Shown here: positions 34,788 through 41,728 of the stretch, piece after piece
Layout: each line of letters starts with the position of its first letter
Position numbering within the stretch: the stretch's first letter is position 1
Origin: a virus
Taxonomy: Duplodnaviria; Heunggongvirae; Uroviricota; Caudoviricetes
Strand: one strand, 5' to 3'
DNA: 41,728 bases
Virus record (IMG/VR): IMGVR_UViG_3300022746_000001
Program-made: the position numbers and the translations under genes
The notes under the pieces: model-generated
Databases searched by the model: none
What the model was told of the DNA's origin: nothing
The model's input: only the letters and a program-made list of their open reading frames with translations

Positions 34788-36035
34788 TTAAATCGAGATG
34801 CCACCAATCTCGACCTTACGCACTGGGAATTCCAGCTCGATGCAGTAGCCGCCGGCGTCAGCAGAGTGTTCTGTGCCAGCGGATTTATCCACTTCGCGGG
34901 TTCCCTTTTTGTAGATGGTTTGCTCAAGTGCGCCAATGAAGTGTTTGCACTTCTCGTCGATACGCAGTCGAATCTTCCCATTGGCATCGCGCAACATGCG
35001 GTTTACAGCGTTTACACGGTCTGCAACCATCGGGTGCTTGCGACGGTATTTGATGCGCTTGAAACCCTTCTCGCGAAGAATGTCCATGTCAGTCTCGCCC
35101 CTAGCATGCTGGCGCTGGCCGCCGGCGGGGTCAGGGTAGATCGTGATTTGGTTCTGTTGACGCCAGTAGCGCTTTTCCAGCTCCTCACACACCTCTTCGG
35201 TGTTTGAGCCGAACAGCACAATCTCATCCACCGCCCACAACTCACCATTTTCTTGGGGCTGATAGATGACAGTGGACATTGGGTCGATGTTGAAGTCCAT
35301 ACCGACCCAGATGGGTAACTTTGGATTGTATGGGTATTTGCCGACGTGCGAGCCACGATCGAATGGGTAGTACACCCGTCCAGACATGGTCTCGAAGCTG
35401 GCTTCAAATTCCTGACGAAAGCTCTTTTCATCCATATCGGCACGAGCGGCCGCAATTTCCGACACTGGGATGAACGGAGATGTGATCGTGGGGAACTGCC
35501 AGGACTGCCACTGGTTAGCCTTAGTCAGCCTTGTTTCTTGGCCTTTTTTGTAAAGCTCGTACAGGTAGTTGTACGCTTTTGGGGTTCCAATGAAGATGGC
35601 ATGGCCGCCGGTATCGGCCAAGGTTGGTCGCAGAACTAAAGTCCAGACCTCTTCTGCCATGTCTTGAAACTCGTCCAGCACAAGAAAGTGGATACCCACG
35701 CCACGCAGCGAATCTGGCTTGTCTGCGCCCTTCAGCTCGATGCGGGTGCCGTTGATTAACGTGATTGTTAGGCTAGTCTCATTGACCTTGCGAATCCACT
35801 TCTTCGGGATGGCATCCATCAAGTCCACCCACATAATCTGCTTCGCCATTTTGTAGGTTGGTGCCACGTACCAGATTTTCTGCTTCTTCTTCTGGGCTTT
35901 TTTGATAATCAACACGCGCGAAAGCGCCGTCTTTCCCCAACGCCGGCCGGCCACGACTACCCGATACCGACACTCTGATCGGTAGACTTCCATTTGCTTC
36001 GGGTGAAGCGATAGTCCCAGGCGCTCACGAGCCAT
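34788..36035 (-). CDS. terL: Terminase large subunit
   Basis: VVAGRRWGKT Walker A, FLVLDEF Walker B, IGTPK, GMDFN nuclease Asp and EHSADA. Confidence 0.97.
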   Translation of the reverse strand: MARERLGLSLHPKQMEVYRSECRYRVVVAGRRWGKTALSRVLIIKKAQKKKQKIWYVAPTYKMAKQIMWVDLMDAIPKKWIRKVNETSLTITLINGTRIELKGADKPDSLRGVGIHFLVLDEFQDMAEEVWTLVLRPTLADTGGHAIFIGTPKAYNYLYELYKKGQETRLTKANQWQSWQFPTITSPFIPVSEIAAARADMDEKSFRQEFEASFETMSGRVYYPFDRGSHVGKYPYNPKLPIWVGMDFNIDPMSTVIYQPQENGELWAVDEIVLFGSNTEEVCEELEKRYWRQQNQITIYPDPAGGQRQHARGETDMDILREKGFKRIKYRRKHPMVADRVNAVNRMLRDANGKIRLRIDEKCKHFIGALEQTIYKKGTREVDKSAGTEHSADAGGYCIELEFPVRKVEIGGISI

Positions 36036-36670
36036 TAGTCTTCCTCAACTACATCGTCGTCGCCTGGATTGACGCCATTGTCCTCGTCCAGATCGACTTC
36101 GATTTCTTCTATTTCGGAGAAGCTGCGTTTGCGCAGCGTCTCGATTTGGTCGGCCGTCAATTCAGAAATGACCAGTTCTGGCACTTCGTTTTCATCGACT
36201 GCGTCTTTGTCCAGACCCAGAACGGAGTAGCGCTCTTCGCGCGCCTTCTTCAATACCGTCATTGCGGTATCCAGGGCTTTCAGGTTGTTGATGGCCGTGC
36301 TGACGGGTACGCCGTCTTGCTTGGCTTTCAGAATCTCTGCCCAAGTCAGCTTGGCAAGACCAGAAGCCATTTTGTAATGCTCTTCTTTGGTCTCTTTGAT
36401 CCTGGCGGCCAGAATCGTCGCTTCTTCGGAAACCGCTTTGGTCAAGTCTTCAGACACCACCTTTGCGATGTGTTCTTTTTTGGAGCCTTGAATGATGCCT
36501 TTGCTTTTGAAGTGGGTGCGCAAGCCCTGGCGCGATACGCCGAACTTCGCCACGAGGTCGTTGTAGGTTGCGTCGCCGGCTTCCCAGAGCGCGTCGATAA
36601 CGGCCCATGTTCGCGCAGGCAGTCGCTTTGATTTGGCTTTGGCTTTAGTTTTAGTTTTTGCTTCAGTCAT
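36035..36670 (-). CDS. terS: Terminase small subunit
   Basis: N-terminal HTH-like segment, helical core, 1-nt overlap with TerL. Confidence 0.8.
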   Translation of the reverse strand: MTEAKTKTKAKAKSKRLPARTWAVIDALWEAGDATYNDLVAKFGVSRQGLRTHFKSKGIIQGSKKEHIAKVVSEDLTKAVSEEATILAARIKETKEEHYKMASGLAKLTWAEILKAKQDGVPVSTAINNLKALDTAMTVLKKAREERYSVLGLDKDAVDENEVPELVISELTADQIETLRKRSFSEIEEIEVDLDEDNGVNPGDDDVVEED

Positions 36671-36688
36671 GGTCGGCCTTCCTCAGAC

Positions 36689-36715
36689 AAAAAAAAGGGC
36701 GTTGGAGAAACGCCC
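36689..36715 (-). terminator. Strong intrinsic terminator in the terS leader
   Basis: GGGCGTT-TCTCC-AACGCCC followed by 8 T. Confidence 0.88.
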
Positions 36716-36740
36716 AGAGGAGAAAGTCCTACTTGAGCGC

Positions 36741-36784
36741 AGTGTAGTCGAATTTATTAACATTTTCAAGTCACCCGTGACTTA
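36741..36784 (-). promoter_or_regulatory. Promoter TTGAAA-N17-TACACT with operator CAAGTCAC-CC-GTGACTTA (36767-36784) overlapping the -35
   Basis: Read from the sequence upstream of terS. Confidence 0.78.
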
Positions 36785-37155
36785 TCTTCCAGAAGTATCA
36801 AAAGCAACATCGCCAGGCAATCCAGCTCCGTCTTGAACAGGTTTGTCTCTGTGCTACCCTCACTGGATTCGAAGACGCAAGACCAGAGACCGCCGGCCGC
36901 ATTGTTGTGCTTGATAGTCATGTAACGCGCTCCGAGTTCCTGGAGCAACTTGATCGTAGTGTCGCGATCCTGGGTGTACCGAACGCCAACAGTCCAGTTT
37001 GTCTCGTCGGGCGCAACACCCCACTCCCAGACCTTCAGAATACCGTCTTGGTATTCCGCGCGCAGGTTCCGCTTCCGAGCTATCAACTCATCTAGCTTCC
37101 CCGCATTTAAGGGAGATTTCATTCCCGCAACAATAGATTCTTTAATTACATTCAT
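36766..37155 (-). CDS. Hypothetical protein
   Basis: Co-oriented 129-aa ORF with no motif. Its last codons contain the operator. Confidence 0.65.
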   Translation of the reverse strand: MNVIKESIVAGMKSPLNAGKLDELIARKRNLRAEYQDGILKVWEWGVAPDETNWTVGVRYTQDRDTTIKLLQELGARYMTIKHNNAAGGLWSCVFESSEGSTETNLFKTELDCLAMLLLILLEDKSRVT

Positions 37156-37169
37156 TGTTATGTATTTAT

Positions 37170-37196
37170 TTAATATACGAGGGACGACTTTTTCCC
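37170..37196. repeat. Intergenic element A, copy 2 (TTAATATACGAGGGACGACTTTTTCCC)
   Basis: 24 of 27 columns identical to 1982-2007. Confidence 0.6.
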
Positions 37197-37206
37197 GTGT
37201 CTCCCG

Positions 37207-37536
37207 TTACGGCTCCAGAAACTCTTCAATCTCTTGAAAAGCCGTGTCTTCTTCCTCGCTGACAACGAATGACGGGCCGGCAGTTTTTGCGCCCATGATG
37301 GTTGCGCCAGCGGGAGTGATCTTGATGATGGCTCGGACTCGTCCGCGACGTTTTTCACCCGTACCTTTCTCAATCAGCCCGTGAGCAATCAAAGCTCGGA
37401 TTGAGAATTGAATTGACTGTTTCGTCGGCTTGTAAGAAACCCGCTCAATCACTTCGTCAAGATCGGTTGGTGAACCGTCCGTGTTGCCTTGATTGATAAC
37501 TCGCAGGAGTTCGATTTGTTTCGCTGTCAGTTGCAT
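37207..37536 (-). CDS. Winged-helix DNA-binding protein
   Basis: LTAKQIELL.VI...DLDEVIE...SIQFSIRALIAHGLIEK plus wing GEKRRGR, as in MarR/ArsR-like folds. Confidence 0.8.
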   Translation of the reverse strand: MQLTAKQIELLRVINQGNTDGSPTDLDEVIERVSYKPTKQSIQFSIRALIAHGLIEKGTGEKRRGRVRAIIKITPAGATIMGAKTAGPSFVVSEEEDTAFQEIEEFLEP

Positions 37537-38468
37537 GGTTGTGCGTATTGGTACTCGGGCGGCAGCTTTGAAACGTCGAGCGGCGCGTCCGTTGGTTGGT
37601 AATCGAAGGCCAAAACAGGCAGTCGAGGGGGAAGTGACGATTTGGCTTTTTCAGGGCTTGCATCGGGGTTGATATAGACACCGTACAGGGGACTCGCCAG
37701 GGTGAGTTGTTGCAGTGACTTGAGCAGATACCCTACGTCCATCGTTTCAGAGCGCTCTACGCCCCTAAAACGCGCGTTGCCGGTCTTTTCCAGGGCCGAC
37801 GAAGCGTAGTAGAACTTGCGCATCTCATTGACGCACTTCTCACGCACCGCTTTTGGCATCTGGTCGATTTCCTTCATGATGCCCACGTAGTCCGATGGAT
37901 TTGATTCGAACCAGCGACGGAAGAACTCTAGTCCCTTGTCGAACTTGGCAGCCCGTTTGGGCTTAGTGAACCGAATCCCCGCTTTCGCAGCGAACGGATT
38001 GAACTTGGACATGGATGATTGGAACTCAATCACGCCACAGCCTGTCATTCGCATCATCAGGTTCTGCATACGGTATGCAATGCCGGCGCCGCGATACATG
38101 GTGTCCAGAACCAGCCGGCTGTTAGTGCAGGCGTTGTCATTGATCCACATAGCGCGATGGCGGTTGATGAGGCGTGTGTCCATGCCTCCTGTGTTGGGCT
38201 TCAGATGCTCAAACACCTCATTGCGACCCGATAGCAGAATCTTCGGCACGGTCATGACACCGACGCCGATGGTCTGCCCTCGCAAGACGCAGCGATAAAT
38301 GCGTGGCCCAATCCCCAAGTTTTCTGCCTTGTAGTGCAGCTCGTGGAGCAAGTTCCAATCATCAATGTCGCCGCGCTCGACGTAGATTTCGTCCAGCAGG
38401 GAGAGCGCATGGTTTGCCGGTGGCTGCCGGCGCTCCATGTAAATGTCTACGTTGTCGCAAACAACCAT
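37527..38468 (-). CDS. GNAT-family acyltransferase, partner of the ABC ATPase
   Basis: LHY N-terminal motif, SRLVLDTMYRGAGIA acyl-CoA motif A and SSMSKFNPF..KAG. Confidence 0.8.
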   Translation of the reverse strand: MVVCDNVDIYMERRQPPANHALSLLDEIYVERGDIDDWNLLHELHYKAENLGIGPRIYRCVLRGQTIGVGVMTVPKILLSGRNEVFEHLKPNTGGMDTRLINRHRAMWINDNACTNSRLVLDTMYRGAGIAYRMQNLMMRMTGCGVIEFQSSMSKFNPFAAKAGIRFTKPKRAAKFDKGLEFFRRWFESNPSDYVGIMKEIDQMPKAVREKCVNEMRKFYYASSALEKTGNARFRGVERSETMDVGYLLKSLQQLTLASPLYGVYINPDASPEKAKSSLPPRLPVLAFDYQPTDAPLDVSKLPPEYQYAQPCN

Positions 38469-38472
38469 TGGC

Positions 38473-38640
38473 TTACTTATTCTTCTTGACGAGGGGTGGC
38501 AGTTGGGTGCCAGATTCGCGCAAAGGCGCCGCCTTGGAAATGTCCAAGGGAGCGTTGCCGATCTTCTTGATGATTTCGGTAGTGGACTGAGAGCCGTTGT
38601 TCAGCTTCTTGCCAATTTCTTTGGGGTCATTTTTTGCCAT
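38473..38640 (-). CDS. Small basic hypothetical protein (55 aa)
   Basis: Fills the gap between neighbours. The GGAAAA-preceded ATG at 38640 overlaps the end of the upstream gene. Confidence 0.5.
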   Translation of the reverse strand: MAKNDPKEIGKKLNNGSQSTTEIIKKIGNAPLDISKAAPLRESGTQLPPLVKKNK

Positions 38641-38911
38641 GATTTTTCCTTTCGATGACGTTTTGGTAGAACCAGATGGCTGAAGCGATGCCACAGCAGC
38701 CACCCAGGGTTGAGAGCGCGAGAACTAGCCCACCGCCACTTGCCGCGAACTTGACGAAGATGAAGTTGCTGACGTTGATGCCGGCCGAGACCAGTACGGC
38801 CGCGAAGTAACGACCAGCCATGACGTTGCGCGACTGGATGCCGAGCAAGAACACGACTGTGAAGTTGCCCAACACGATGAGCAGCATGTCGATGAGGCTA
38901 AGTTCGGTCAT
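38627..38911 (-). CDS. Small 3-TM membrane protein
   Basis: Hydrophobic segments, VFLLGIQSRNV..GRY. Confidence 0.75.
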   Translation of the reverse strand: MTELSLIDMLLIVLGNFTVVFLLGIQSRNVMAGRYFAAVLVSAGINVSNFIFVKFAASGGGLVLALSTLGGCCGIASAIWFYQNVIERKNHGKK

Positions 38912-38997
38912 TTGAAGAGTGTGGAGATGAACGCGATGACGCCGATGGCTAGAACTAGCACCAGCGGAACGCTAAACGCCATGCTGATCGCTTCCAT
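38908..38997 (-). CDS. 29-aa single-TM peptide (not in ORF track)
   Basis: MEAISMAFSVPLVLVLAIGVIAFISTLFK. TAATG overlap upstream and ATGA overlap downstream. Confidence 0.7.
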   Translation of the reverse strand: MEAISMAFSVPLVLVLAIGVIAFISTLFK

Positions 38998-39341
38998 TAC
39001 GCCTCCATGTAGTTGCGAATGTTGGCTTCGCCGTGGGCGCCAACCAGTCGCTTAGTCGTGGGAAAGCCGTCGATCAGCTCAAGCACTGTCGGTACGCTGC
39101 GGATATTGAACGCCACGGCCATGCCTTTGATTTCATCCACGTTGACGATAAAGAGCGCTTTGCCAGTCTCTTGCGCGACTTTCTCCAAGATGGGCTTCAT
39201 AGACTTGCATGGGCCGCACCAAGGCGCCGTAAACGCCACAAACACGCTTGCGTGTGGGTTGGCATTCGACATGTGCGTCGCTTGCATCCACTTTTCTTCG
39301 CTGTAGTTTGGCGCTTTAGGTTCTTCGAGTTCGGCTGTCAT
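38997..39341 (-). CDS. Thioredoxin
   Basis: AFTAPWCGPCK, VNVDE and IRSVPT motifs. Confidence 0.93.
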   Translation of the reverse strand: MTAELEEPKAPNYSEEKWMQATHMSNANPHASVFVAFTAPWCGPCKSMKPILEKVAQETGKALFIVNVDEIKGMAVAFNIRSVPTVLELIDGFPTTKRLVGAHGEANIRNYMEA

Positions 39342-40003
39342 GCTGCTTCCTTGTACTGCTCGCCCTCGGGCGTACGAACGATTTCGATCTTTTCCCGATA
39401 GCGCTTGTTAATGTAAAGATTGGGAGAAAGGTCATCGACCATGTCTGTGTGTGTGGTGGCGACCATCAGCGTGGCGCCAGTCTTACGGGCGATCTTCTGA
39501 AGGTTGAAGGCAATGACTTTCGCGGTAACGCGATCAAGCACAGCCAGAAATTCGTCAGCAACCCAGACCTTTGCGCCAGATTCGATGATCTTGGCAAGAC
39601 GGAAGCGGTAGCGTTGACCGTCAGACAGCTCGGCCGGCTTGCGCACAAACAGGTAGGCGTCGTTCAAGCCAGCGATCGACAGTAGCGTCAGTGCCTCCGT
39701 CGTGTTCTTGCCGATCTGGTCGATTAGCGGTTTGTCCAGCAGCTCGACCTCATCTATGTCCGAAACTTGTATATCTTTTTCGGACATTTGCTTCTTCAGC
39801 TCGCGCAGTGCGAGCGACTTGCCAGAGCCTGACTGACCCGTGATGTAGACCACGTCGCCTTGCTTGACCTCAATTGGCTGGTTGTCGAAGATGACGAACT
39901 CTTTATCGTCCAGGCCCAGACCGAACGCTTCGGCAATCTCCAGCACTCGGTCGGTGCGCTCTACTTCGCAGACGAAGCGCTTGTCGATGGTGTATTGGGT
40001 CAT
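39338..40003 (-). CDS. Stand-alone ABC-family ATPase (no TM partner)
   Basis: GQSGSGKS, LSDGQ signature, VWVADEF..LD and H-loop VATTH. Start at MTQYTID. Confidence 0.92.
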   Translation of the reverse strand: MTQYTIDKRFVCEVERTDRVLEIAEAFGLGLDDKEFVIFDNQPIEVKQGDVVYITGQSGSGKSLALRELKKQMSEKDIQVSDIDEVELLDKPLIDQIGKNTTEALTLLSIAGLNDAYLFVRKPAELSDGQRYRFRLAKIIESGAKVWVADEFLAVLDRVTAKVIAFNLQKIARKTGATLMVATTHTDMVDDLSPNLYINKRYREKIEIVRTPEGEQYKEAA

Positions 40004-40368
40004 TCGTCGTCCTTTGCAGCTTCGCGCTTGACCGCGCGGAGCGTTTTGGCAATCCAATTGAATACCTTTGGATTACTAACCCACAGTTCCACCAGTCCGT
40101 TGGTGTGCTGCGTGGTGATGTGTTCTTCCTGCGCGCCGTCGTCGATGCCATAGACCCAGTTGATTGCGTGGGTTAGTTCATGCTGCACGACATTGATGGC
40201 GCGTTGACGTGCCAGATGCTCATCAAGGTAGATGTGAAACTTGGAGAAGTCGGTGATGCCGTCGCATCCTTCCAAGACTTCGTTTTTCTCAGCCGTCGTG
40301 ATGTGAATGCGGAATGTGTAAGCTCCGACTTTCACTTTGCGGGGTAAGCCCACGTATACGTCAGTCAT
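40000..40368 (-). CDS. HExxH-motif small protein (zinc metallopeptidase-like)
   Basis: INVVQHELTHAI with a downstream EE. Confidence 0.65.
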   Translation of the reverse strand: MTDVYVGLPRKVKVGAYTFRIHITTAEKNEVLEGCDGITDFSKFHIYLDEHLARQRAINVVQHELTHAINWVYGIDDGAQEEHITTQHTNGLVELWVSNPKVFNWIAKTLRAVKREAAKDDE

Positions 40369-41021
40369 GACTTACTCCCTGTCATCAATTTTTTGACAAA
40401 GTCCACAAAAGCGTCAGCGCCTTGAAGACCGGAGTCGGCTTCGATTTGCGCCATGAACGCAGCAACGTGACGCTCGTCTTTACCCTGGATGGCTTTAAAG
40501 CCCAGGGCTTTTTCAATCTTCACTTCACGCGCATCCACTTCTTCAACCTTGCGAACGCTTTCTTCGGCTTGCTTGGCGACTTCAATGTCAATGTCTGCCA
40601 CGAAAGCGTCTGTGTTCACGCTGCCGAGGTCGGCCTCCATGAAGTCCAGCTCTTTCTTGTCAAAGATGCCCTCCAGATCGAAGTTCAGCGAGGCCAATTC
40701 GCGTTGCAGCAAGTCGCTGTCAATATCGGAGATGGCGACACGGTTGTCAGCCAGGCGGTAAGCGCGTTGAGCATCTTCTGACAGGTTTGCAATAACCTGC
40801 ACGGGGACTTCTTTTAAGCCTAGCTTGATGGCGGCCAGGCGACGACCGTGGCCGGCAAGGATGACGCCGTCTTCGTTGACGACGATGGGATTGCCAACCC
40901 AACCGAACTCTTTGATGGACTTAGCGATCTTCTCGACCTGCTTGTCATCATGGTTCTTGGCGTTTAGCTCGTATGGGATGATCTTGTCGATTGTCCAAGG
41001 GGTTGTTACAGGCTTGGTCAT
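40365..41021 (-). CDS. ParB/Srx N-terminal-domain protein
   Basis: PYELNAKNHD.KQVEKIAKSIKEFGW..PIVV...ILAGHGRRLAA..LG...AYRLADNRVA. Confidence 0.92.
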   Translation of the reverse strand: MTKPVTTPWTIDKIIPYELNAKNHDDKQVEKIAKSIKEFGWVGNPIVVNEDGVILAGHGRRLAAIKLGLKEVPVQVIANLSEDAQRAYRLADNRVAISDIDSDLLQRELASLNFDLEGIFDKKELDFMEADLGSVNTDAFVADIDIEVAKQAEESVRKVEEVDAREVKIEKALGFKAIQGKDERHVAAFMAQIEADSGLQGADAFVDFVKKLMTGSKS

Positions 41022-41206
41022 GCAGCGTTTCTCCAAAATTCTTTAAATTGACCGATGGTCATGTCTTCGGTCTCCTCGTCGTAGAGGCTGTCCTCGTCGT
41101 CATAGGGTTCGAAATTGTCTGCTTCGTCGCAGTCCTCGCACATATCGGGGTCGTATTTCCGATTGATGCAGCTATCGCACTCTTCAAACTTGTCTTCAGC
41201 CTTCAC
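41018..41206 (-). CDS. Small acidic CxxC-x10-CxxC protein
   Basis: GTG start after GAGGA RBS. ECDSC...MCEDC. Confidence 0.6.
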   Translation of the reverse strand: MKAEDKFEECDSCINRKYDPDMCEDCDEADNFEPYDDEDSLYDEETEDMTIGQFKEFWRNAA

Positions 41207-41213
41207 GGTGTCC

Positions 41214-41728
41214 TCAGTCTTTCTTGGTAAGGAGGTGAACAAGGGCGTTACCCGCATTAGATAGAGAGTCTTCATCCGTAAACCTCTGTTCTTTCATGGT
41301 TTGCTCGATCATGTCTGTGATGGTGCCAACGTCATCCATTGGCACTTTGAAGCGCATGATTTGGTGTGTCTGTGCCGGTTTCTGCGCTGGCGTAACGGGA
41401 GATTCGTCTGCGTCGTCTAGATCAAGGTCGTCCAGCGATATATTCACGCTCGAAAAGATCGACGCAAAGTCGCTCTCGGAGTACGGCATGAATGAGGAGA
41501 GTTCGGTTGCGCCCAAACCTAGTTCGTCAAGCAGACCTGCCAGTTGCAGCGTGTCGTCGGCGCCGTAGCGACCGTTGTCCACCAGACCAATCTCTTTGGC
41601 TTTTTTGTCGGTGATGCGGCCCAGATTAACCACCGGAACTTCGTCGTACCCCAGTGCTTTTGCGGCATCCCAACGGTGTTCACCGCCGATGATTTCAAGG
41701 GCGCCGTCCGACTTCTCACGCACGACGA
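41214..41728 (-). CDS. ParB/Srx-like protein, C-terminal part (5' end outside window)
   Basis: LEIIGGEHRWDAAKALGYDEVPVV motif and acidic linker. The frame is open to the window edge. Confidence 0.88.
   Translation of the reverse strand, partial: VVREKSDGALEIIGGEHRWDAAKALGYDEVPVVNLGRITDKKAKEIGLVDNGRYGADDTLQLAGLLDELGLGATELSSFMPYSESDFASIFSSVNISLDDLDLDDADESPVTPAQKPAQTHQIMRFKVPMDDVGTITDMIEQTMKEQRFTDEDSLSNAGNALVHLLTKKD

Larger units (their letters stand above)
1..41728 (-). mobile_element. Siphovirus-type phage or phage-plasmid segment (packaging, head, tail, lysis, start of replication module); probably SSU5/pHCM2-like
   Basis: All credible genes are co-oriented on the minus strand with tight or overlapping junctions, in canonical terminase-portal-scaffold-capsid-tail-lysis order. 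No host genes are seen. The SSU5-like assignment rests on remembered similarity of the capsid and tube proteins and on gene order. Confidence 0.93.

Noticed and set aside
1185-36784. Repeated palindrome as a CRISPR array, REP element or recombination site
   Set aside because: The copies are single, kilobases apart and degenerate, with no spacers or cas genes. They track promoters rather than module ends.
39338-40003. ABC transporter
   Set aside because: No permease or substrate-binding gene is present. The context is ParB/GNAT, so it is treated as a soluble ATPase.
4900-41275. Longer starts given by the ORF track for hfq, Rz1, 9311 gene, gpI, gpK, gpG, 30756 gene, ABC ATPase, ParB and 41018 gene
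   Set aside because: The extensions overlap upstream genes or terminators. Downstream starts have an RBS or coupling overlaps and were used instead.
379-41568. Numerous plus-strand ORFs, some long (e.g. 26354-27448, 29475-30515, 32269-33048)
   Set aside because: All are antisense shadows of well-supported minus-strand genes, with no motifs or RBS. They are expected from codon bias.
38997-41728. Sulfiredoxin/thioredoxin redox system
   Set aside because: The visible ParB/Srx domains lack the catalytic Cys of sulfiredoxin (the motifs are GHGR and GGEHR).
1-41728. tRNA or rRNA genes, integrase, transposase
   Set aside because: Intergenic gaps are mostly under 120 nt with no cloverleaf signatures seen, and no recombinase motifs appear in any ORF.

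Overview
The whole window is one contiguous, co-oriented (minus-strand) segment of a long-tailed siphovirus genome with no recognisable host genes. Read in transcription order (right to left) it holds: a ParB-like / ABC-ATPase / thioredoxin / GNAT cluster; small and large terminase; portal; scaffold; major capsid; head-tail connectors; tail tube; G/GT chaperones with a GGGAAAC -1 frameshift; tape measure; lambda-type tail tip M-L-K-I-J; an array of four fibre+chaperone modules; a ferritin-like gene; a Gram-negative lysis cassette (holin-like genes, Rz/Rz1, M15 endolysin); a metallophosphoesterase; PhoH; an Hfq-like Sm protein; and the start of a DnaB-type helicase. Gene order and the capsid and tube sequences resemble, from memory, SSU5/pHCM2-type phage-plasmids; this was not database-checked. 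The most notable signals are: (1) an 18-bp palindrome (consensus TAAGTCAC-NN-GTGACTTA) at 14 gene-boundary sites, 10 overlapping or adjoining good sigma70 promoters, i.e. a dispersed operator regulon; (2) a phage Hfq that keeps the proximal U-pocket but has lost the rim arginines and distal-face residues; (3) a Hint (intein-like) domain ending His-Asn-Gly at the N-terminus of gpJ, flanked by a duplicated I-x-GAGGGGG motif; (4) a 120-codon tail-tube insert bounded by 16-bp direct repeats; (5) a strong terminator in the terminase leader; (6) the ParB/ABC/GNAT module beside the terminase. All family calls come from motif recognition by eye; no searches were run.
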